From: a virus
Taxonomy: Duplodnaviria > Heunggongvirae > Uroviricota > Caudoviricetes
Length of the DNA stretch: 7,093 nucleotides
Direction: 5' to 3' (one strand)
Virus record (IMG/VR): IMGVR_UViG_2563366937_000008
Each line of letters starts with the position of its first letter. Position 1 is the first letter of the stretch. The notes under the pieces are model-generated. The model worked only from the letters and a program-made list of their open reading frames with translations. It made no database searches and was not told the DNA's origin. This document shows, piece after piece, positions 1 to 6,107 of this stretch. The position numbers were made by a program, and so were the translations under genes.

Positions 1-147
1 CACACCCTGCACCCATTCATGCAAAATCAACGTGTCCCCGCGCTCATAATTACGATCTTTTTTCCGAAACTCTGCGCGTTTCTTTCCTTCCAGTACAAGG
101 TCGAAATATTTTGCGTGCAGCTTTACCTCGTGAATTTTTGCCATCAT
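1..147 (-). CDS. N-terminal fragment of a small protein immediately downstream of A, possibly ASCH/PUA-like; runs off the window edge
   Basis: My own translation of the minus strand from the ATG at 147..145 (or 144..142) gives MMAKIHEVKLHAKYFDLVLEGKKRAEFRKKDRNYERGDTLILHEWVQGV with no stop before position 1. GGAG sits 5 nt upstream of the ATG, and the start overlaps the A stop codon (ACATGATGG). The pattern hydrophobic-x-x-L-x-G-K-K-x-x-E-x-R ... G-D-x-L resembles ASCH-type small domains; this assignment is tentative. It is absent from the ORF track because no stop lies in the window. Confidence 0.45.
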   Translation of the reverse strand, partial: MMAKIHEVKLHAKYFDLVLEGKKRAEFRKKDRNYERGDTLILHEWVQGV

Positions 148-2429
148 GTCCACTCCATTACTGTTGAGAATCCCGGCCACTCATCAGCGACCGGATACGT
201 GAATTTTTTCCCGTCATAATTTACGGTTGCTCCACGCGCCAGCGCCTCAAGTTCCCATCGCTGAGGCCTGATACCGTTCTGAGCAAGGTCAACGCGGATA
301 CGGGTGATCTGCAATCGTTCAGACCTGGTCAGTCTGGCAGATGGTGCAATTTCATGCGGTTTTAACGGGCTTCCGTTTCTTTGCTGACGGTTTGGCGTTC
401 TCATGTCGTATTTTAATGCGCCCCTGAGCGCCCTCACGACCTCCGGTTCATTCCATTCAATAACACCGTCATCAACCAGATTAAGCACTGCTGCGGCGTG
501 CTCAGAAGGTGTGGGAGCCGGTAACGAAGTATCACCACCGGTGAGCTTTCCACAGTTATTGACAGGACTCCGAGGCGCGGCGATGCCGCTTTTTAAAGTC
601 AGAGGCTCAACGACCGGAACTTTCGGCACAATGCGCCAGTCCGTCGTTCTGGTGATATGAATATGACGCGCGCCGAGATGCGGCGCGTAAATGCCGACCA
701 CTCTCTCGACTTCTTCCTCGTACTCGTTAACTTCATCCGACGGACTACGGGCGACCCTGACAGTCTGACAATCGCGCGGGACATTTGCCCCACCCTGCGC
801 GCTGATATACAACGCAAAATCACCACTGTCTGCGGCGGCGCGTGCAGCCTCGACGCGCTCGTCAAACTCATCAGCAATGCTGACGCCGCGAGGCAATTTG
901 CGTAGTTCACGGTAAGCCCCCATTGTCGGCAGACCAACCGTTTTAAATTGTGGGATGCGCCACGTTGACGCCCATGCGGTAACAGCCGCAGCAGTGTCTT
1001 TCAGCGGTCTGCCGGTATCGTTATCGAGCTGACCATCCAGTGCATAGCCATCGATGTTTTTTGAGATGTATTTCGCGATATACCCCGCAGCACCGCCCTG
1101 GTTAAGGTGTTTTGCCTGAAAACGGTTTCGCGCGGCTCCTCTTTCGTCGCCATCCTCTTTGAGCGCATAGCGACGCATGATTTCGATAATCTGGTTACGC
1201 TGGCGTGGATTACAAAAAAGCATCATATGCCAGTGCGGCGTTCCGTCGTGGTGTGGCTCGACGACACGCAAACCGTAGACCTGTAAATCATTATCTTTGA
1301 ATGCCGTGCGCATCAGGCTCCAGATATGGCAGAGATAACGCTGCGCATCCTTTGGATTAAATGCCTCATCGTTCCAGCCGTGATTTAGCTGGACGGTTTT
1401 ACTTTCGCCTTTTCCGACCTGACGTGTCGGGTGATACTTTGAAGGCGCGGTAAGCGTGATAAACATCCCCACATCACCCTCTGCGGCGGCGTAACGCTCA
1501 ATACCGGCAATGGTGTTCATCAGCTCCATCCGGCGAATTTCAGGATTAGAAATACTGCCCATCACCTTACTGATAAGGTCGATGCGCTCGCCGGTTTCCC
1601 TGTTTTCAAGGTCACACGATTTAAGAAATTCCAGATTTGCCTGGCGGCGTGCACGCACATCACGAATGGCATGTTTACTGGCATAAGGAGAACGGTCTTT
1701 ATTCACCTCCCCGACAGCAATCAGTAACGCCTCATGCCAGCGCATACGCTGGCCTTTGAGCTGATGAGTCCACCACTCATCGTTAAACAGACGGGCAATG
1801 GCAGAATATGCCTGCCTCGTGGTCATCTGTCCTTTACGGTATTTTTTCCAGTAAAGCGGGGAAATATTGAAAGCACGTGCAGCGCCAGCAACATGACCAT
1901 AGAGGTGAGCCTGCGCCTCATCCGTAAACAGCGATTCTTTTTCGCCATGTGCATCCACCCAGGCATCGCTGAGTTCCTCATACATCATGAAAAGCTGCGA
2001 TGAGATACGGGCGGCAAACTTTTTCAGCTCCTTGTCATTCATTCCCGGCAGGCGCGCATAGTGGTCACGCTCTGCCAGAAACAGCAACGACGCGTCGGTG
2101 TTCATTTCATGGCGCTGATTCACACGCTCAATGCGCGGCCATAAACGACGCTGAAAAGTGGATGTGAGGAAATAAAACCCGTGCACCGGGCTTTTATTGC
2201 GCCGGATGTAGTCATAGCGTGAAGTAAACAGCGAGCGCAAAAAGTAAGGCAGGCGGTTAATCGTGGATAAAACACCTTGCATCTGACGCATCTCGTCACG
2301 TGTAAGGGGTCTTTCGCGCCCGACGGCCTCGCGTGGCGCGTTCCATGCATAAGCACCGGTAAACATCTTACCGGTGCCTGCGGCAAATGCTGACGGAGGG
2401 ACAAAACGCCCGGAGGCTTTAACGGCCAT
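144..2429 (-). CDS. A: Replication initiation protein A, a rolling-circle HUH-type endonuclease (761 aa from the first ATG)
   Basis: Track ORF 144..2471 begins at a TTG (plus-strand caa at 2469..2471). The first in-frame ATG is at 2429..2427 (MAVKASGRF...), giving 761 aa. HUH motif PHWHMML (HWH at nt 1227..1235) and paired tyrosines in YIAKYISK (Tyr codons at 1080..1082 and 1068..1070) are hallmarks of the phiX174 A / P2 A initiator family. Stop TGA at 146..144. Confidence 0.9.
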   Translation of the reverse strand: MAVKASGRFVPPSAFAAGTGKMFTGAYAWNAPREAVGRERPLTRDEMRQMQGVLSTINRLPYFLRSLFTSRYDYIRRNKSPVHGFYFLTSTFQRRLWPRIERVNQRHEMNTDASLLFLAERDHYARLPGMNDKELKKFAARISSQLFMMYEELSDAWVDAHGEKESLFTDEAQAHLYGHVAGAARAFNISPLYWKKYRKGQMTTRQAYSAIARLFNDEWWTHQLKGQRMRWHEALLIAVGEVNKDRSPYASKHAIRDVRARRQANLEFLKSCDLENRETGERIDLISKVMGSISNPEIRRMELMNTIAGIERYAAAEGDVGMFITLTAPSKYHPTRQVGKGESKTVQLNHGWNDEAFNPKDAQRYLCHIWSLMRTAFKDNDLQVYGLRVVEPHHDGTPHWHMMLFCNPRQRNQIIEIMRRYALKEDGDERGAARNRFQAKHLNQGGAAGYIAKYISKNIDGYALDGQLDNDTGRPLKDTAAAVTAWASTWRIPQFKTVGLPTMGAYRELRKLPRGVSIADEFDERVEAARAAADSGDFALYISAQGGANVPRDCQTVRVARSPSDEVNEYEEEVERVVGIYAPHLGARHIHITRTTDWRIVPKVPVVEPLTLKSGIAAPRSPVNNCGKLTGGDTSLPAPTPSEHAAAVLNLVDDGVIEWNEPEVVRALRGALKYDMRTPNRQQRNGSPLKPHEIAPSARLTRSERLQITRIRVDLAQNGIRPQRWELEALARGATVNYDGKKFTYPVADEWPGFSTVMEWT

Positions 2430-2694
2430 ATGAGCCAAAAGCCTCTGAACAACGCTTGCTGAGTTGCTCAACCTGCACGTTTAAATCAGCAAAAGACTTT
2501 GCGCTTCCGGTCAGAATATCGTGATGCATCAGGCCTGAAACGAGCTGGCTTAATTTCGGGTAATAACCAACCACCGCCAGCCATTCCTGACCGGCGTTTT
2601 TACCGCTTTCCGCTCTCTTTTTCTCGTGGAGAATAAACTGAAAGCTGTCACTGGTAACGACATAACGTTCGCCAATTTCAATACGAATACTCAT
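2419..2694 (-). CDS. Hypothetical small protein (91 aa), last small ORF before A
   Basis: ATG at 2694..2692 with GGAGA about 6 nt upstream. The start overlaps the upstream ORF stop (ATGA). Its 3' end overlaps the A start region by 11 nt. No recognisable motif. Confidence 0.6.
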   Translation of the reverse strand: MSIRIEIGERYVVTSDSFQFILHEKKRAESGKNAGQEWLAVVGYYPKLSQLVSGLMHHDILTGSAKSFADLNVQVEQLSKRCSEAFGSYGR

Positions 2695-2915
2695 GCCGTT
2701 CTCCGGTAATGTTTGTTTTTTGCTTCAAAGACTGACTGACAGGAAACACAACGCGTGGCTGACGGGTAAGCCGCACGACGGGCAGCAGGTATTGGCGCGT
2801 CACACTCTTCGCAAACCAGCGCAGAAGCACCGCAATGTTTTACCCTTGCCGCGTTAATCTGGCGCTCCAGTAATTCAGCCTGTTGTTCCTGAATAAAATC
2901 TACGTTGTCCGGCAT
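2691..2915 (-). CDS. TraR/DksA-family C4 zinc-finger protein (74 aa)
   Basis: Two CxxC pairs 17 residues apart (C35-E-E-C38 and C56-V-S-C59) preceded by an acidic N-terminal helix (DNVDFIQEQQAELLERQ), the typical phage TraR-like layout. ATG at 2915..2913 with AAGGA upstream; start overlaps the upstream ORF stop (TAATG). Confidence 0.75.
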   Translation of the reverse strand: MPDNVDFIQEQQAELLERQINAARVKHCGASALVCEECDAPIPAARRAAYPSATRCVSCQSVFEAKNKHYRRTA

Positions 2916-3217
2916 TACCAGTTCCTTTTGTCGTTCAGTTTTTTAAATTCATCAGCGCAATAGCTGGCGATTTCTGTCGTTAATTTCGTCAGTTCATCCA
3001 CGGAGGAAATTTGCTTGTGAAATACAGCGCGTTTAACAAGTAAATTGACCACATCAGACAGGAGGTTTAATTCACTCTGATAAATCGCGATAACAGATTC
3101 AGTTATTTCGCGTTTTTCTTTATCAAGACCAAGTTGAATAAGAGACAAATCGCCATTTTTCATAACGGCGATTTTTAAGGCGTTATTCAGTAATACAACT
3201 GCACGAGAACAGAACAT
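2915..3217 (-). CDS. Hypothetical acidic helical protein (100 aa from the ATG at 3217), AT-rich
   Basis: Track ORF 2915..3220 starts at a TTG. The adjacent ATG at 3217..3215 has GGAGG 9 nt upstream and overlaps the upstream stop by 1 nt (TGATG). By manual count the coding sequence is about 37% GC over 2941..3180, against about 55% in a sampled A segment. An alternative internal start at 3163 (82 aa) lacks an SD. Confidence 0.55.
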   Translation of the reverse strand: MFCSRAVVLLNNALKIAVMKNGDLSLIQLGLDKEKREITESVIAIYQSELNLLSDVVNLLVKRAVFHKQISSVDELTKLTTEIASYCADEFKKLNDKRNW

Positions 3218-3441
3218 CAAAGCACCTCCCCGCGAGACAATCCGATATTGTGAAATTTTTCCGACTCCTGACTGAGCAGCTCGACTATCTCCACGCGGGA
3301 TAACTCCGCCTTTGTGATGTGGCGAATCATGGCATCAAGATGAGAAGAAAAGCGCGTCGCAGCGTCGGCCTGTGCTTCGGTTCTGGCCTGTTGCAGCAGT
3401 AATGCGTATATACCGCACTGATTTTCAGAAACTGTATGCAT
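3217..3441 (-). CDS. Hypothetical small protein (74 aa from the ATG at 3441), first ORF downstream of B
   Basis: Track ORF 3217..3474 starts at a TTG with no SD. The in-frame ATG at 3441..3439 is preceded by GGAGA with 5-6 nt spacing (MHTVSENQ...). Stop TGA at 3219..3217. Confidence 0.5.
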
Positions 3442-3504
3442 AACTTTCTCCAGGCAAAAAGAAGCCCCGCACAATTAAGTGCGTTAAAAACTCTGGTTAA
3501 TTAC

Positions 3505-4005
3505 TTAATGCAGATATTGCTCCGGTTTTACCGACGTCAGAATTGTCGGTGCATACTCAAACAGACTGAATAATTCACGTAATGCACGGAATAAAGCATC
3601 ACGCCAGTAACATGACTCTTCATTAATTCGCCAGTATGGCTGGTTGAATTCTTTTTCAGTCAATCCGGCATGCATAAATAAAGTACGACGCTGACTGACT
3701 GTTAAAAAACTAATATATGCATACTCACTTGCGCCAACCTGACGGCGTTTTGAGAATGCACCACGCAATTCATCAATTGCACATACCAGTCGTTCACGTT
3801 CGACGTCGTTCATTTCTTCAAAACACATCGTTGCGTGACGCTGTTTTAACTGAGCATGGAAGCAAACCGTTAACCGTTCGCGCTCCATCATCTGATTATA
3901 ATAATCACATGTATCCTGCCAGCGAGGAACGGCAAGATGCTTACCAATTATCCGGCGCATAGCTGCTGGCTGTTTTTCAACGAGATTGAGCGTCATCACT
4001 GTCAT
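3505..4005 (-). CDS. B: Replication protein B (166 aa), P2 B-like
   Basis: Track ORF 3505..4011 is 168 aa. The ATG at 4005..4003 (MTVMTLNL...) has GGAGG 8 nt upstream and gives 166 aa, the size I recall for P2 B. It sits between cox and A in the leftward early operon. Start overlaps the upstream small ORF stop (ATGA). Confidence 0.7.
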   Translation of the reverse strand: MTVMTLNLVEKQPAAMRRIIGKHLAVPRWQDTCDYYNQMMERERLTVCFHAQLKQRHATMCFEEMNDVERERLVCAIDELRGAFSKRRQVGASEYAYISFLTVSQRRTLFMHAGLTEKEFNQPYWRINEESCYWRDALFRALRELFSLFEYAPTILTSVKPEQYLH

Positions 4006-4172
4006 TTCCATACCCTCCGGCTTTTCAGAAAGGTCAGAGCCTTTTTTAACGGACTCTGTTTTTTGGTGCGGATAATGATTCCCTTACGCCCCTTACCGTG
4101 GGTGATGGTGAAGTCAATCGCCCTGGGGCTTTCGTTACGCAGTAACTGAGCAATACAACGAGGCTCATTCAT
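4002..4172 (-). CDS. Small basic protein (56 aa) between cox and B
   Basis: Track ORF 4002..4196 starts at a GTG inside cox. The ATG at 4172..4170 has a strong SD (AAGGAG, 6-nt spacer) that begins right at the cox stop. Product MNEPRCIAQLLRNESPRAIDFTITHGKGRKGIIIRTKKQSPLKKALTFLKSRRVWK is very K/R-rich at the C-terminus. Confidence 0.45.
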   Translation of the reverse strand: MNEPRCIAQLLRNESPRAIDFTITHGKGRKGIIIRTKKQSPLKKALTFLKSRRVWK

Positions 4173-4182
4173 ACGGTTCTCC

Positions 4183-4458
4183 TTAACGTGGTTCACCGAG
4201 ACCTAACCACATCAACCAGCCGTCACGAATCTCTTTAGGGCGGCTTTCATAAGCCAGTTTTAGTCCGTTATTCCATGCCGGAAGGTATACCCAATATTCA
4301 CCTGCACGACCTGAAGCTGATTGTGGATCGGTCATATCAATTACAGGCAGCTTTCCTTTATCGATCATCCGACGAACCGCTCCTGTCGATTTTCCTATTA
4401 GTTTTGCGAACTCCTGATAAGGAATCGCATCAGTCATGAGTGTTACTTGCTTGCTCAT
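4183..4458 (-). CDS. cox: Cox-like protein (91 aa): repressor of Pc and excision directionality factor in P2
   Basis: ATG at 4458..4456, stop TAA at 4185..4183. First gene downstream of the leftward Pe promoter and divergent from C. Contains an HTH-like segment (YQEFAKLIGKSTGAVRRMIDKGKLPVI). Size and N-terminal sequence match my memory of P2 Cox. Confidence 0.85.
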   Translation of the reverse strand: MSKQVTLMTDAIPYQEFAKLIGKSTGAVRRMIDKGKLPVIDMTDPQSASGRAGEYWVYLPAWNNGLKLAYESRPKEIRDGWLMWLGLGEPR

Positions 4459-4539
4459 GTCGTCCTCTAGCCCTCATGAATTGCGTTTAATGTCTTATAA
4501 TGCCTTTTAGTGCCCACATCCAAGCACTAAACAATCTAC

Positions 4540-4569
4540 ATCTAAACTAAATACTATTGAGATCTAAAC
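4540..4569. promoter_or_regulatory. Operator: two 8-bp direct-repeat half-sites (GTTTAGAT on the minus strand) spaced 22 bp, flanking the Pe -10
   Basis: Plus-strand atctaaac at 4540..4547 and 4562..4569; a partial third copy (GTAGAT) lies at 4534..4539. Direct repeats flanking the -10 of Pe are the described binding architecture of P2 C repressor. Confidence 0.6.
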
Positions 4570-4579
4570 ACCATGTCAA
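4551..4579 (-). promoter_or_regulatory. Early promoter Pe (leftward, drives cox-B-A operon)
   Basis: Minus-strand TTGACA (4579..4574), a 17-nt spacer, then TAGTAT (4556..4551). The -35 overlaps the C start codon. Transcription is convergent with the C transcript, as in the P2 face-to-face Pe/Pc arrangement. Confidence 0.7.
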
Positions 4580-4872
4580 ACACGATAAGCGAGAAGATAG
4601 TCTTAATGCGAAAATCAGAGTATTTGAGCAGACAACAACTTGCTGATTTAACAGGGGTTCCGTATGGCACGCTGAGTTACTATGAAAGTGGTCGTTCAAC
4701 ACCTCCAACAGATGTCATGATGAACATCCTGCAGACCCCACAATTCACCAAATACACTTTATGGTTCATGACCAATCAGATCGCTCCTGAGTCCGGGCAA
4801 ATTGCGCCCGCTCTCGCACACTTTGGGCAAAACGAAACAACGTCGCCCCACTCCGGTCAAAAGACTGGTTAA
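4573..4872 (+). CDS. C: Immunity repressor C (99 aa)
   Basis: ATG at 4573, stop TAA at 4870..4872. HTH-like segment LSRQQLADLTGVPYGTLSYYESG. Located between the switch region and int, on the same strand as int. Size and sequence match my memory of P2 C. Confidence 0.85.
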   Translation: MSNTISEKIVLMRKSEYLSRQQLADLTGVPYGTLSYYESGRSTPPTDVMMNILQTPQFTKYTLWFMTNQIAPESGQIAPALAHFGQNETTSPHSGQKTG

Positions 4873-4987
4873 CAATTCATCGTGAATATATTCATCACAA
4901 GTGCCTACTATTGGTGGCTAAATTTCAGCCACCACGAAAAAAGCGATTAGTAGTCGCAAAAAAACACACCACTCGGAGGGTTTTCTG

Positions 4988-6001
4988 ATGGCAATCAAAA
5001 AACTCGATGATGGTCGATATGAAGTGGACATCCGCCCTACTGGACGTAATGGAAAACGCATCCGTAGGAAGTTTGATAAGAAAAGCGAAGCTGTCGCTTT
5101 CGAGAAATACACGTTGTACAACCACCACAATAAAGAATGGCTATCAAAACCAACAGACAAGCGACGTCTGTCGGAGCTGACACAGATCTGGTGGGATTTA
5201 AAGGGTAAACACGAAGAGCATGGGAAATCTAATCTTGGAAAAATTGAAATCTTCACAAAAATAACGAATGACCCATGCGCATTTCAAATTACGAAATCGC
5301 TTATCAGCCAGTACTGCGCCACCCGAAGAAGTCAGGGTATTAAACCTTCGAGTATCAATCGTGATTTAACATGTATTAGCGGCATGTTTACAGCCCTGAT
5401 TGAAGCGGAGTTATTCTTTGGTGAGCACCCTATCAGAGGGACAAAAAGGCTTAAGGAGGAAAAACCAGAAACAGGCTATCTAACACAGGAAGAAATTGCC
5501 TTACTGCTTGCAGCACTTGACGGCGACAATAAAAAGATTGCGATTCTTTGCCTGAGTACAGGAGCACGTTGGGGAGAAGCAGCTCGTTTGAAAGCAGAAA
5601 ATATCATCCATAACCGCGTCACGTTTGTTAAAACGAAAACAAACAAACCACGCACCGTCCCGATCTCAGAGGCTGTTGCCAAAATGATCGCGGATAACAA
5701 ACGAGGTTTTTTATTCCCTGATGCTGATTACCCTCGCTTCAGACGAACAATGAAAGCAATAAAACCGGATTTGCCAATGGGGCAAGCCACACATGCACTA
5801 AGGCACAGCTTTGCCACTCATTTCATGATTAATGGAGGAAGTATTATCACGCTACAACGGATACTAGGTCACACGCGGATTGAGCAAACTATGGTTTACG
5901 CTCATTTTGCGCCAGAGTACCTTCAGGACGCCATTTCTCTTAATCCGCTAAGAGGTGGTACTGAGGCCGAGAGTGTCCACACAGTGTCCACAGTAGAGTA
6001 A
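4988..6001 (+). CDS. int: Tyrosine integrase (337 aa), P2 Int-like
   Basis: ATG at 4988 with GGAGG 8 nt upstream. Tyrosine-recombinase motifs are present: Arg in LSTGARWGEAARL, the H-x-x-R box in HALRHSFATH, and the catalytic Tyr in QTMVYAHF. The 3' end lies about 80 bp from the att core. Confidence 0.92.
   Translation: MAIKKLDDGRYEVDIRPTGRNGKRIRRKFDKKSEAVAFEKYTLYNHHNKEWLSKPTDKRRLSELTQIWWDLKGKHEEHGKSNLGKIEIFTKITNDPCAFQITKSLISQYCATRRSQGIKPSSINRDLTCISGMFTALIEAELFFGEHPIRGTKRLKEEKPETGYLTQEEIALLLAALDGDNKKIAILCLSTGARWGEAARLKAENIIHNRVTFVKTKTNKPRTVPISEAVAKMIADNKRGFLFPDADYPRFRRTMKAIKPDLPMGQATHALRHSFATHFMINGGSIITLQRILGHTRIEQTMVYAHFAPEYLQDAISLNPLRGGTEAESVHTVSTVE
5972..5992. repeat. Tandem 10-bp direct repeat AGTGTCCACA x2 (11-bp periodicity) inside the 3' end of int; candidate integrase arm-type binding sites
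   Basis: Perfect copies at 5972..5981 and 5983..5992, both within the int coding sequence (encoding SVHTVSTV). The position about 90-110 bp from the core, direct orientation and helical-turn spacing are typical of arm sites. Assignment is by analogy, not verified. Confidence 0.5.
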
Positions 6002-6080
6002 CGTTTAAGGGCTTTCAGTGGTAATTTATGCCGCTCAAACCCGCATTGTACCGTTGAAAGCCCCTACTGGTGACACCCTA

Positions 6081-6107
6081 AATCTCCCTTACACGGGCTT
6101 ATTTTTT
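6081..6107. repeat. Attachment-site core (prophage/host junction), 27 bp: AATCTCCCTTACACGGGCTTATTTTTT
   Basis: This is the reverse complement of the P2 att core as I recall it (AAAAAATAAGCCCGTGTAAGGGAGATT), and is identical to the 3' terminator end of the enterobacterial sRNA CyaR (RyeE) as I recall it. Sequence to the left is phage (int); sequence to the right leads into host yegS. The body of cyaR is not in this window. Confidence 0.8.

Larger units (their letters stand above)
1..6107. mobile_element. Integrated P2-family temperate prophage, integrase-proximal portion (replication genes, lysogeny switch, integrase, attachment core); continues beyond the left window edge
   Basis: Gene order A - small ORFs - B - cox / C - int - att core matches the P2 early/immunity/integration module in reverse orientation. 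ORF sizes match my memory of P2 (C 99 aa, Cox 91 aa, Int 337 aa, B 166 aa, A 761 aa). The 27-bp sequence at 6081..6107 matches the P2 att core as I recall it. The right boundary is set at the end of the core; the left boundary is outside the window. Confidence 0.85.

Noticed and set aside
19-219. 66-aa plus-strand ORF at the left edge
   Set aside because: It lies antisense to the A C-terminus and the downstream small ORF, has no convincing RBS, and its composition looks like a mirror of the coding strand. Likely spurious.
403-2452. Track ORFs 403..660 (+), 599..937 (-), 657..905 (+), 1734..2003 (+), 2120..2452 (-)
   Set aside because: All are fully contained within the A coding region in other frames or on the opposite strand. 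A has strong catalytic-motif support, so these are frame shadows.
2915-3163. Alternative 82-aa start for the AT-rich ORF at the ATG at 3163
   Set aside because: No Shine-Dalgarno sequence precedes it, whereas the ATG at 3217 has GGAGG and overlaps the upstream stop.
3717-4149. Plus-strand ORFs 3717..3962 and 3937..4149
   Set aside because: They are antisense to B and the small basic ORF, with no RBS and no plus-strand promoter nearby.
4481-4501. TTGCGT (4481..4486) plus TATAAT (4496..4501) as a standard -35/-10 pair for Pc
   Set aside because: The spacing is only 9 bp, so they cannot act as one sigma-70 promoter. TATAAT alone is kept as a weak Pc -10 candidate in the switch finding.
4918-5700. 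Minus-strand ORFs 4918..5256, 4925..5128 and 5476..5700
   Set aside because: They are antisense to int, which is supported by tyrosine-recombinase motifs; no independent signals.
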